47,096 nucleotides of DNA from the NCBI GenBank assembly GCA_044344255.1, contig JBIJDH010000041.1:1-47096 (forward strand). The letters are read 5' to 3'. The DNA comes from Myxococcota bacterium. Lineage in GTDB: Bacteria; Myxococcota_A; UBA796; UBA2385. A program made the position numbers and the translations under genes. The notes below the pieces were generated by a model, which did no database searches, was not told the origin of the DNA, and saw only the letters and a list, made by a program, of their open reading frames with translations. Of the stretch, positions 7,732-17,800 are shown piece by piece. How positions within the stretch are numbered: position 1 is the stretch's first letter; each line of letters opens with the position of its first letter.

Positions 7732-9467
7732 GCGCGCTCCCGCCCACCGCCCCCGCGATCGCCGGGATGACGGCGTACCACGTGCCCCGGCACCCGGCGC
7801 CGCTCGACCTGCTGCTGGACGGCATCGGCGGCCTGCCGGCCCCCTCGGATCTCTTCGACCGCCTGCGCGACGCCGACCCCGACCGCCTCGTCCGCGGCTA
7901 CCCGGACGCCCGCCCCTTCGCCGCCACCCTCGCGGCCATCCATGGCCTGCCCGCCGAGCGTGTCCTCGTCACCGCAGGCGGCGACGACGCCCTCGATCGC
8001 GCCTGCCGCGCCTACCTCGCCCCCGGCCGCTCGATCGTCCTGCCCACGCCCACCTTCGAGATGATCGCCCGCTACGCGACCTGGGCCGGCGCCACCGTCC
8101 ACGAGGTGCCCTGGCCGGGCGGCCCCTGGCCCGTGGACGCTGTGCTCGCCGCCGTCCGCCCGGACACCACCGTCGTCGCCGTCGTCAGCCCAAACAACCC
8201 CACCGGGCAGGTGATCGACGCCGACACGCTCCGCCGCCTCTCCGCCGCCCTCCCCGGCGTGCTCCTCCTCGTGGACCTCGCCTACGTCGAGTTCGCCGAC
8301 GAGGACCTCACCGCCGTCGTCGCCGAGCTCCCGAACGCCGTCGCCTTCCGGACGCTGTCCAAGGCCTGGGGCCTCGCCGGGCTCCGGGTCGGCTACGCCG
8401 TGGGCCCGCGCCAGGCGATCGACGCGCTCCGCGTGGCCGGGAACCCCTACGCCGTGTCCGGGCCGAGCCTGCACCTCGCGGAGCGCCGGTTGACGAGCGA
8501 CGGCGAGGCCTCCGCCGCCTACATCGCCCAGGTCCGCGCCGACCGGGACGCCCTCACCGACGCGCTGCGCGCGCTCGGCCTCGACGCGCAGCGCAGCCAG
8601 GCCAACTTCGTCTTCGCCCGCACCCCCCGCGCCGCCTGGGTCCAGGACGGCCTCGCCGGGCTCGGCATCGGCGTACGCGGCTGGCCGGGGCACCGCACGC
8701 TCGGGGACGCCCTGCGCATCAACGTCCCCGGGGAGCCGGTCGCGACCGCGCGGCTGCACGCCGGGCTGCGAGCGGTGCTGGCGCCCGAGGCGATCCTGTT
8801 CGACGTGGACGGCGTGCTCGTGGACGTCTCCGGGAGCTACCGCGAGGCCATCCGGGTGACCGCCGCGAGCTTCGGGGTGCCTGTGACGGCCGACGACATC
8901 GCCCGCGCCAAGGCCCGCGGCCACGCCAACAACGACTGGCTCCTCACGGCTGCGCTGCTCGCCGAGCGCGGCGTCACCGTCTCGCTCGACGAGGTGACCG
9001 CCCGCTTCGAGCGCGCCTACCAGGGGCACGACGGAGCGCCCGGCCTCAAGTCCACCGAGCGCGCCCGCATCGACCGGGCCACGCTGGAGCGCCTCCGCGC
9101 CCGTTACACGCTCGCCCTCGTCACCGGCCGCCCCTACCGCGACGCCATGGAGCTCCTCGAGCGTGAGGGCTGGCGCGACCTGTTCGACGCCGCCGTCGTC
9201 ATGGGCGAGACCGCCGCCAAGCCGGACCCGGCTCCGGTGCGCGCGGCGATGGAGCGCCTCGGCGTCCGCCACGCCTGGATGCTGGGGGACACGGTCGACG
9301 ACATCCGCGCCGCCCGCGCCGCCGGCGTCGTCCCCATCGGCGTCCACGCGCCGGACCCCGCCGCCCCGCTCGACGTCGACCTCGCCCGCGCCACCGACCT
9401 CCTCCTCCGCGCCGGCGCCGCCCGGGTCTTGTCCACCCCCCTCCACCTCGAGGCGCTGCTGCCATGA
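7728..9467 (+). CDS. hisC: Histidinol-phosphate aminotransferase fused to a C-terminal HAD phosphatase
   Basis: GTG overlaps the hisG stop. HisC motifs: SPNNPTG, VDLAYVEF, RTLSKAWGLAGLRVGY (PLP lysine). From ~8790, HAD motifs FDVDGVLVD, VTGRP, KPDP, GDTVDD. Confidence 0.92.
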   Translation: MSALPPTAPAIAGMTAYHVPRHPAPLDLLLDGIGGLPAPSDLFDRLRDADPDRLVRGYPDARPFAATLAAIHGLPAERVLVTAGGDDALDRACRAYLAPGRSIVLPTPTFEMIARYATWAGATVHEVPWPGGPWPVDAVLAAVRPDTTVVAVVSPNNPTGQVIDADTLRRLSAALPGVLLLVDLAYVEFADEDLTAVVAELPNAVAFRTLSKAWGLAGLRVGYAVGPRQAIDALRVAGNPYAVSGPSLHLAERRLTSDGEASAAYIAQVRADRDALTDALRALGLDAQRSQANFVFARTPRAAWVQDGLAGLGIGVRGWPGHRTLGDALRINVPGEPVATARLHAGLRAVLAPEAILFDVDGVLVDVSGSYREAIRVTAASFGVPVTADDIARAKARGHANNDWLLTAALLAERGVTVSLDEVTARFERAYQGHDGAPGLKSTERARIDRATLERLRARYTLALVTGRPYRDAMELLEREGWRDLFDAAVVMGETAAKPDPAPVRAAMERLGVRHAWMLGDTVDDIRAARAAGVVPIGVHAPDPAAPLDVDLARATDLLLRAGAARVLSTPLHLEALLP

Positions 9468-10054
9468 CCCCCCGCACCGCCACCGTCCGCCGAACCACCG
9501 CCGAGACTGACGTCGCCCTCACCCTGACCGTCGACGGCACCGGCGCCGCCTCCGTCCGCACCGGCCTCGGCTTCTACGACCACATGCTCACCGCCCTCAC
9601 GAAGCACGCCCGCTTCGACCTCGAGGTGACCTGCACCGGCGACCTGCACGTGGACGACCACCACACGGTCGAGGACGTCGCCCTCGCGCTCGGGGAGGCG
9701 CTCGCGGCCGCGCTCGGGGACCGCCGCGGGCTTCGTCGGTTCGGTTCCGCCTACGCGCCGCTCGACGAGGCCCTGGCCCGCGCCGTCGTGGACCTCTCGG
9801 GCCGCCCCTGGCCCGAGGTCGACCTGGGGCTGCGCCGCGAGCGCATCGGCGACGTCGCAGCCGAGAACCTCGGCCACGCGCTGCGCTCCCTGGCGATGGC
9901 CGCGAAGATGACCCTTCACGTGGACGTTCTCAAGGGCGAGAACGACCACCACCGCGCCGAGGCCGCCTACAAGGCCGTCGCCCTCGCGCTGCGGGCCGCG
10001 GTCGCGCGCGATGGGCACGCGGACGTGCCGAGCACGAAGGGGGTGCTCGCGTGA
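9464..10054 (+). CDS. hisB: Imidazoleglycerol-phosphate dehydratase (monofunctional)
   Basis: RTTAETD, TGLGFYDHML, GDLHVDDHHTVED, PLDEAL, GENDHHRAEA, PSTKG. Confidence 0.97.
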   Translation: MTPRTATVRRTTAETDVALTLTVDGTGAASVRTGLGFYDHMLTALTKHARFDLEVTCTGDLHVDDHHTVEDVALALGEALAAALGDRRGLRRFGSAYAPLDEALARAVVDLSGRPWPEVDLGLRRERIGDVAAENLGHALRSLAMAAKMTLHVDVLKGENDHHRAEAAYKAVALALRAAVARDGHADVPSTKGVLA

Positions 10055-10647
10055 AGGTCCACGTCGTCCGCACCGGGGTCGCCAACCTCGCCTCGGTGCT
10101 CGCCGGGCTCGAGCGCGTGGGCGCAGAGCCGATCCTCACGACAGACGCCGACGAGGCGTGGAGCGCCGACCGGCTGGTCCTCCCGGGCGTCGGGGCCTTC
10201 GGTGCTGCCATGGCAGAGCTGCGCCGCCTCGGGCTCACCGCTGTGCTCCGGGAGCGCTTCGCCGGCGGTCGCCCGACCCTGACCGTGTGCCTGGGGCTCC
10301 AGCTCCTCGCCCTGTCCAGCGAGGAGTCGCCGGGCGAGGCCGGGCTCGGTGTCGTGGACGCCCCGGTCACCCGGTTCACCGGAGACGTGCGGGTGCCCCA
10401 GATGGGCTGGAACGAGGTGAGCCCGATGCCGGGATCGCGCTGGGTGGAGCCGGGCTTCGCCTACTTCGCCAACACTTACAAGCTCGACCGAATCCCGCCG
10501 GGCTGGACCGGCGCGACGGCCGACCACGGCGGCTCCTTCGTGGCCGCCCTGGAGCGTGGCGACGCGCTTGCCTGCCAGTTCCACCCCGAGCTCTCCGGCG
10601 CCTGGGGCGCGGCCCTGGTGCGGCGCTGGGTGGAGGCCCGATGCTGA
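10051..10647 (+). CDS. hisH: Imidazole glycerol phosphate synthase glutaminase subunit
   Basis: LPGVGAF, CLGLQ (catalytic Cys), PQMGWN, QFHPE. Confidence 0.96.
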   Translation: MKVHVVRTGVANLASVLAGLERVGAEPILTTDADEAWSADRLVLPGVGAFGAAMAELRRLGLTAVLRERFAGGRPTLTVCLGLQLLALSSEESPGEAGLGVVDAPVTRFTGDVRVPQMGWNEVSPMPGSRWVEPGFAYFANTYKLDRIPPGWTGATADHGGSFVAALERGDALACQFHPELSGAWGAALVRRWVEARC

Positions 10648-11399
10648 CCATCCGCGTCATCCCCTGCCTCGACGTGCGCGACGGCCGCGTGGTGAAGGGC
10701 GTGCAGTTTCAGGGCCTCCGCGACGCCGGCGATCCCGTCGAGCGCGCCGCGGCCTACGAGGCCGGCGGTGGCGATGAGCTCGTGATCCTCGACGTGTCCG
10801 CCACCCCCGAGGGCCGCGGCAACGCCGTCGAGACCACCCGCGCCGTCCGCCGCGCGCTGGGCATCCCGTTGACCGTGGGCGGGGGCGTGCGCGCCGCCGA
10901 CGACGCCGGCCGGCTGCTGGACGCCGGCGCCGACAAGGTGGGCGTCAACACCGCCGCCGTCCAGGACCCGAGCCTCCTCACGAGCATCGCCGCCCGCTAT
11001 GGCGCGCAGTGCACCGTGCTCGCGCTGGACGCGGCGCGCAGGCTCGACGGCGATGGCTGGGAGGTGGTCGTACGCTCGGGCAAAGAGCGCACCGGTCGCG
11101 ACGCGGTGGCCTGGGCGGTCGAGGCCGCGCGCCGCGGCGCCGGTGAGATCCTGCTCACGAGCTGGGACCAGGACGGCACGCGCGGCGGCTACGACCTCGC
11201 CCTGATCCGGGCGGTGCGGGCAGCCGTGGGCGTGCCCATCATCGCCTCCGGAGGCGCGGCCCACGCAGGCCACCTGCTCGCGGCCGTGGAGGCCGGCGCC
11301 GACGCGCTCCTGGCGGCGAGCATCTTCCACGACGGGGAGACCACCCCGGACACCCTCAAGACGACGCTGGCGGCTGCTGGCGTGCCGGTGCGGCGATGA
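10641..11399 (+). CDS. hisF: Imidazole glycerol phosphate synthase cyclase subunit
   Basis: ATG 10641. [51 protein letters not shown]. Confidence 0.97.
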   Translation: MLTIRVIPCLDVRDGRVVKGVQFQGLRDAGDPVERAAAYEAGGGDELVILDVSATPEGRGNAVETTRAVRRALGIPLTVGGGVRAADDAGRLLDAGADKVGVNTAAVQDPSLLTSIAARYGAQCTVLALDAARRLDGDGWEVVVRSGKERTGRDAVAWAVEAARRGAGEILLTSWDQDGTRGGYDLALIRAVRAAVGVPIIASGGAAHAGHLLAAVEAGADALLAASIFHDGETTPDTLKTTLAAAGVPVRR

Positions 11400-12652
11400 T
11401 CGTCCCTTCGATCGACCTCCAGGGCGGCCAGACCGTCCAGCTCATCGGCGGGGAGGCCCTGGCCATCGAGGCCGGCGACCCCCGCCCCATCGCCGCCCGC
11501 TTCGCGCGCGTGGGCGAGATCGCGGTGATCGACCTCGACGCCGCGCTCGGCCGCGGGTCGAACGCCCCCCTCATCGCCGACCTCTGCGCCCGCCACGACT
11601 GCCGCGTGGGCGGCGGCATCCGCGACGAGGCGACCGCCCGCCGCTGGCTCGACGCCGGCGCCGCCCGCATCATCCTCGGCACCGCGGCCACCCCTGAGCT
11701 GCTCGGTCGCCTGCCCCGCGAGCGCCTCGTCGCCGCCCTCGACGCCCGCGACGGCGAGGTCGTCACCCACGGCTGGACCACCCGCACGGGCGCCCGCATC
11801 GACGACCGCATCCGCGAGCTGTCCCCCTACGTCGCCGGCTTCCTCATCACCTTCGTGGAGAAGGAGGGGCGCCTCGGGGGCACCGCCATGGACCGCGTGC
11901 GCCCCCTCATCGAGGCCGCAGGCGCCTCCCGCATCACCTTCGCGGGCGGGGTGACGACGGCCGACGAGGTCGCCGAGCTCGACCACCTCGGCGCGGACGC
12001 CCAGGTCGGCATGGCCCTCTACACCGGGCGCCTCGCCCTCGCGGACGCCTTCGCCGCCCCCCTCACCAGCGACCGGGCGGACGGGCTGTGGGCGACCGTC
12101 GTGGCCGACGAGCGCGGCCAGGCCCTCGGCCTCTGCTGGTCGAACCGGGAGAGCCTCACCCGAGCCGTGGAGACCGGCCGGGGTGTGTACTGGTCGCGCC
12201 GGCGCGGGCTCTGGGAGAAGGGCCTCGAGAGCGGGCACGTCCAGGAGCTCGTCCGCGTCGAGCTCGACTGCGATCGCGACGCGCTCCGCTTCACGGTGCG
12301 GCAGCACGGCCCGGGCTTCTGCCACCTCGGCTGCGCGACCTGCTGGGGCCCCGCCCGCGGCGTGGACGCCCTCGCCGCCACCCTCGCCGAGCGCGTCCGC
12401 ACCGCCCCCGCCGGCAGCTACTCGCGCCGCCTGCTCGACGACCCCGCCCTCCTCCGCGCCAAGCTCGTGGAGGAGGCCGGGGAGCTGGCCGACGCGACAG
12501 ACCCCGACCACGTCGTCGCCGAAGCCGCCGACAACCTCTACTTCCTGATGGTCGCCCTCGCGCGCGCCGGTCGGTCCTTCGCGGACGTCGAGGCGGTGCT
12601 CGACCGCCGTGCCCGCGTCCTGACCCGTCGCCCGGGAAACGCCAAGCCCTGA
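11396..12652 (+). CDS. hisAIE: Trifunctional HisA-HisI-HisE fusion (ProFAR isomerase, PR-AMP cyclohydrolase, PR-ATP pyrophosphatase)
   Basis: HisA barrel: PSIDL.GG..VQL, IDLDAA, VGGGIR, GA.RIILGT, AGGV. HisI: WSRRRGLWEKG.ESG, DCDRDAL, GFCH....C. HisE: GSYSRRL, KLVEEAGEL, EAAD.LY. Confidence 0.93.
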   Translation: MIVPSIDLQGGQTVQLIGGEALAIEAGDPRPIAARFARVGEIAVIDLDAALGRGSNAPLIADLCARHDCRVGGGIRDEATARRWLDAGAARIILGTAATPELLGRLPRERLVAALDARDGEVVTHGWTTRTGARIDDRIRELSPYVAGFLITFVEKEGRLGGTAMDRVRPLIEAAGASRITFAGGVTTADEVAELDHLGADAQVGMALYTGRLALADAFAAPLTSDRADGLWATVVADERGQALGLCWSNRESLTRAVETGRGVYWSRRRGLWEKGLESGHVQELVRVELDCDRDALRFTVRQHGPGFCHLGCATCWGPARGVDALAATLAERVRTAPAGSYSRRLLDDPALLRAKLVEEAGELADATDPDHVVAEAADNLYFLMVALARAGRSFADVEAVLDRRARVLTRRPGNAKP

Positions 12653-12658
12653 GGCAAG

Positions 12659-13909
12659 ATGCTCCGCCGTGTCGCACCTGCTGCCGTCGAGGCCGCGCAC
12701 CTCTCCCCGGTCGATCCACCCACGCTGGCCGCCGCCCGCGCGATCCTCGACGACGTGCACGCCCACGGGGAGCCCGCCCTGCGTGCCCAGGCCGAGCGCC
12801 TCGGCGACCTCGCCCCCGGCGCCCCCCTCATCCTCGGTCGCGACGCCCTCGCCGCCGCCGCCCGCTCGCTGCCCGCGGCGGACCTGGAGCTCCTCGAGCG
12901 CACCGCCCGTCGCATTCGGGCCTTCGCCGAGGCCCAGCGGGCCGCGTTCCGCGACCTCGACGTGCCTGTCCCCGGCGGTCGGGCCGGCCACACCCTCGCG
13001 CCCGTCGACCGGGCCGGCTGCTACGCGCCCGGGGGCCGCTACCCGCTGCCGTCGAGCGTGCTGATGACGGCGGTGACGGCGCGGGCGGCCGGCGTCGCCG
13101 AGGTGTGGGTGGCCAGCCCGCGCCCAGCGGTGGTGACCCTGGCGGCGGCGTGGGTCGCAGGCGCGGACGCCGTTCTCACGGTCGGCGGGGCGCACGCGGT
13201 CGGGGCGCTCGCGTACGGGGCGGGGTCGGTGCCGCGAGTAGACGTCATCGTCGGGCCGGGGAACCGCTGGGTGACGGCGGCGAAGCAGCTCGTCGCCGGG
13301 CAGGTCGGGATCGACATGCTCGCGGGCCCGAGCGAGCTCGTTGTGCTGGCGGACGCCTCGGCGGATCCCGCCCGCATCGCCGCAGACCTGCTCGGACAGG
13401 CCGAGCACGACCCGGACGCCCGCCCTATCCTCGTCACCTGGGATCCCGCCCTGCCCGCGCGTGTCGACGAGGCCCTCGCCGCCCAGCTCGCCACCCTCCC
13501 CACCGCCGGGGTGGCACGGGAGGCCGTCGCCAACGGCTTCGCCGTCCTCTGCCGCGACGCCGACGAGGCCATCGGGGTCTGCGACCGGCTGGCCCCCGAG
13601 CACCTGGAGGTGCTGACGGACGACGCAGACGCGCACGCCGCCCGGCTCAAGCACTACGGCGGCCTCTTCGTCGGCGGCGCCTCGGCCGAGGTGTTCGGCG
13701 ACTACGGCGTCGGCCCCAACCACGTGCTGCCCACCGGCACCGCGGCGCGCTTCACGGGCGGGCTCAACGTGCTCCACTTCTTGCGCGTGCGGACCTGGCT
13801 GCGGATGGAGCCGGGCGCCGACCTCGCGGAAGTGGTGACGGACGCGGCGCGGCTGGCCCGCCTGGAGGGCCTGGAGGCCCACGCCCGGAGCGCGGAGGAG
13901 CGGCGATAG
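12659..13909 (+). CDS. hisD: Histidinol dehydrogenase
   Basis: GCYAPGG, VGPGNRWVTAAK, IDMLAGPSE, QAEHDP, APEHL, FGDYGVGPNHVLPT. Confidence 0.97.
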   Translation: MLRRVAPAAVEAAHLSPVDPPTLAAARAILDDVHAHGEPALRAQAERLGDLAPGAPLILGRDALAAAARSLPAADLELLERTARRIRAFAEAQRAAFRDLDVPVPGGRAGHTLAPVDRAGCYAPGGRYPLPSSVLMTAVTARAAGVAEVWVASPRPAVVTLAAAWVAGADAVLTVGGAHAVGALAYGAGSVPRVDVIVGPGNRWVTAAKQLVAGQVGIDMLAGPSELVVLADASADPARIAADLLGQAEHDPDARPILVTWDPALPARVDEALAAQLATLPTAGVAREAVANGFAVLCRDADEAIGVCDRLAPEHLEVLTDDADAHAARLKHYGGLFVGGASAEVFGDYGVGPNHVLPTGTAARFTGGLNVLHFLRVRTWLRMEPGADLAEVVTDAARLARLEGLEAHARSAEERR

Positions 13910-13990
13910 GCCGCCGTACAGACCAACGGGGGGCGCTCCAGTCGGGCGGGCGGGAGTGATGGTCGGCGGCGCCCGACCGGCCACCCGACC

Positions 13991-14600
13991 TCACTCCGAC
14001 GGAGGAGCGGCAGAGAAGCCGGCGGCGCGGAAGATCGCCTGCCCCTCTGCGCTCCGGCAGTGGAGGAGGAGGCTCTCCGCGTCCAGTCGATGCGCAGATC
14101 CGCTCGTGACGGCCGCTGGATAGACAATGGGCGGGTGACTGTCGGGTGGAAAGGCGAACGCGCTCTTTACGCGGGGCTCGACCCGCGCGTCCGTCGCGTA
14201 GACCACCCCGGCCTCGGCTTATTCAGTCGCCACCCAGCCGAGCACCGTCCGGACGCTGTCGCCGCTCACCACCCTGCCGTCCACCGCGGCCCAGGCACCG
14301 AGGCTGCCGAGCGCGGCGCGCCGCTTATCTCCCCGCGGGCACGTTTTCGCCCGCGACAGCGAGGTGGTGGACCCCGGGCTGCCCGAGATCTCGGGGCGCT
14401 TGCACAGCGAGCCCGGAGCTGGCCGGCACGACGGCCACGAGCCGATTCCCGAGGAGGTCCGCCCGGGTCTGGGGGTGAATCAGCCCTCGCTGTTCGAGGA
14501 AGTCCATCCACTCTCGGTCGGCGGAGAAGTACGCGTCTACCTGCGCTCCGGCCTCGACCTGCCTGGCGAGGCGGGAGGGCGCGTCGACTCAAGGACGGGC
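13991..14600 (-). pseudogene. modA: Decayed molybdate ABC transporter substrate-binding protein
   Basis: Reconstructed across frames: SRLARQVEAGAQVDAYFSADREWMDFL...LLGNRLVAVVP...VPAGR* then frameshift, RAALGSLGAW...VRTVLGWVATE*AEAGVVYATDA...FPPDSHPPIVYPAAV. TAA stops at 14325-14327 and 14219-14221. Confidence 0.85.
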
Positions 14601-14832
14601 TCCCCAGCGGCGCCGCAGCGGCAGACGGGCGCAGGGAGAGGTCCGCATGGGCCGGCTCTATCTGGAGGAGCGTGGCTGTGTAGGCCCTGACGACGACTGG
14701 AGCGCACCCTCGGGAGCGGCGGCGGCTTTGGTCGGCGCCGGCGGCCGCCGCGAACCTGGGCTTGCGAGGACTCCGCGCGAGTGGATACCCTCGACAATCG
14801 GCCCCATGACACGCGGGCGAAGGAGTCCCGCC

Positions 14833-17800
14833 ATGCGCCGCGCCCTCTCCCTTCCCTTGGTGCTGCTCCTCGGCGCCGCGTCCTGCGCCTCCCCGCGCCC
14901 CTCGGACAGCGCGTCCGCCGAGCCCGCGCCTCCGAGCGCCTTCCGTCCGGAGGGGGCGGGGTGGAGCGCCTCCGTCCCCGCCCTCCGCATGACGGGGAGC
15001 TTTGATCGAGGCGGCGCGCGCTTCCACGACGCGGACGGCGGCGAGCTTCACCTCCGCGCCCTGTCTTGGGGTCGGGCGGGCGCCCTCCGCCCGCTGGCCG
15101 ACGTCGCCCCGCGCTGCGCGCCCGCCGACTGCGACGGCCGCATCGAGCGGGTTGGAGCGGCGGCTACGGAGTGGTGGCGGGCCCACGACGGCGGCTTCTC
15201 TCAGGGTTTCACGCTCACGTCGCCGCCTCCCGGTACGGGCGCGCTCCTGATCACGCTCGAAGCCGCCGCGGAGATCGAGGTGTGGCCGACCGCGGACGGC
15301 GCCGACCTCGTCGCCGAGGACGGGAGCCAGTGGCGGTACGCCGGCCTCCAGGCCTGGGATGCGTCGGGGGCGCCCATCGCCGCTCGAATGACCGCCTCGG
15401 GCGGCCTCCTCATCTTGTCCGTTGACGTAGGGCCCGACGCGGCGTGGCCCATCACCGTCGACCCTGTCGTCACCACCGCCAGCTCCACCCTCACCGGCTC
15501 GTCGAGCGCCTATCTCGGTCAAGCCGTCGAGGGCGCGGACGTCAACAACGACGGATACAGCGACCTCATCGTCAGCGCCTATCGCCTCTCCTCTCGCGGG
15601 GTGGTGTACGTCTACCACGGGTCTGCCAGCGGCATCGGCCTCACGCCGAACACGACGCTCTACCCAGCGACCTCGGGATACGATGGCTTCTTCGGCTGGG
15701 AAGTAAAGGCCGGCGACTTTAACGGGGACGGATACGACGACGTCGTGGTCTCGGAGCCCGAGTACAACAACGGCACGATATACGTGTTCATGGGCTCGTC
15801 CGCCGGTCTGTACACCACGGCGAGCGTGACGATGGCGGGGAGCAGCACCGGGGAGCGGCGTGGTTACGGCCTCGCGGTCGGGGATTGGAACGGTGACCAC
15901 TACGATGACCTCGTGGCCACCAACCTCTATCGGTCCACTTATGGCGGGGCGGACGTCTTTCACGGCAGCGCGTCGGGCCTCTCCACCACCGTCGTCACCA
16001 CCCTCAACGGCGGCTCGGGGCAGTACATGGGCTACTCCGCCGACTCGGCGCGGGACACGGACAACGACGGGTATGACGACTTCGTCGTCAGCCACTATGC
16101 GGCGGGGAGCTATTACGGTAAGGCTTGGGTCTATCGCGGCGCGAGCACGGGCATCTCCGCTTCCCGCGTGACCACGATCACGGGCCCGCTCTACGACACC
16201 TTCTTCGGGCGCGGCTCGGCGGGCCTCGGGGACGTAAACGGCGACGGCTACGACGACATCGGCGTCGGAGCGACCGGGCTCGACGTCCCCTACGGCGACT
16301 CGGGCGGCGTCTACATCTACTACGGCTCGTCGACCGGCGTGGGGACCGCCCCCAGCGCCACCCTCTACGGCCGCTCCTACAGCGATCGTTTCGGCTGGTC
16401 GCTCGATGGGGTCGGAGACACCAACGGGGACGGCTACGATGATGTCGTCATCGGCGCGATCCAAGCGAGCGAAGGTGTGTCTGCGGCAGGGGCGGCCTAC
16501 GTGATCCCCGGCTCGGCCAGCGGGCTGTCCACCGCCGATCAGGACGTGGTCTACGCCGGGAGCACCGCCTATGAGAACTATGGCTCCGAGGTGGCGGGGG
16601 TCGGTGACATTGACGGTGACGGCTTCATGGACGTCGGAGTGGGCCACCCCGGCCGCTCGGCCGGCGTCGGCTCGGCCTACCTCTACCTCGGCACCGACGG
16701 GACCATCGACGACGACGGAGACGGCTACTACTTGACGGGGACCGGCGCCGACTGCGATGACAGTGACCCCGCGGTGCACCCGGGCGCCACAGAGGTCTGT
16801 GACGGGCTGGACCAGGACTGTGACGGGTCAGTCGACGAGGGCGTCCTCACCACCTATTACGCAGACCTGGACAGTGACGGCTACGGGGACCCCTCCGCCA
16901 CGCTCGAGGGCTGCGCGCTGCCCTCCGGCTACGCGGCGAACGGGCTCGACTGCGACGACGGGGACACGTCCGTCTCTCCGGCGGACGCGGAGATCGTGGC
17001 CGACGGGATCGACCAGGACTGCGACGGCGCGGAGCGGTGCTACCTCGACGCCGATCACGACGGCGCCGGCAGACTCAGCACCGTGGTGAGCGCCGACCTC
17101 AGCTGCACCGCCGCCGGCGAGGCCAGCGCTGCCCTGGACTGTGACGACGATTCGAGCGCCGTCCATCCGGGCGCCCCGGAGGTGGTCGCCGACGGGGTGG
17201 ACCAGGACTGCGACGGCGGAGACCTCTGTTACGTGGACGACGACGGAGACGGTCACGGAGCGACCGTCACCCTGTCCAGCCCCGATCTCGACTGCTCCAG
17301 CGCCGGCGAGTCCAACGTGGGGGACGACTGCGACGACAGCGTCCCCTCCACCTTCGCGGGCGCGCCGGAGGCGGTCGCCGACGGGGTCGATCAGGACTGT
17401 GACGGCGAAGAGCTCTGTTACGTGGACGCGGACGGCGACGGCGACGGCGCCGCCCTCACCCTGGAGAGCCCCAACCTCACCTGTGACGGCGCCGGCGAGT
17501 CCACCACCGGCACCGACTGTGATGACGCGGACGCGCTCCGCTGGGCGGGGGCCGAGGAGGTCCCGCTCGACGGCCGGGACAGCGACTGCGACGGGCTCGA
17601 GCGCTGCCTCGCAGACGAAGACGTCGACGGGTTCGGCGCCGAGGTGGAGGCCCTCTCCGCGATCCTCACCTGTGACGTCACCGGCGTGGCGTCGGTCGGG
17701 GGCGACTGCGATGACAGCGACCCGGCCGTGAGCCCCGCTGCGACCGAGGTGGAGGCCGATGGCCTGGACGGTGACTGTGATGGCTTCGAGCTCTGTTGGA

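Noticed and set aside
12650..12652. Selenocysteine recoding of the hisAIE TGA
   Set aside because: The position is not a Cys-equivalent catalytic site, no SECIS is recognisable, and hisD has its own RBS.
13961..13978. Hairpin GGTCGG/CCGACC after hisD as an intrinsic terminator
   Set aside because: The stem is short and there is no U-tract on either strand.
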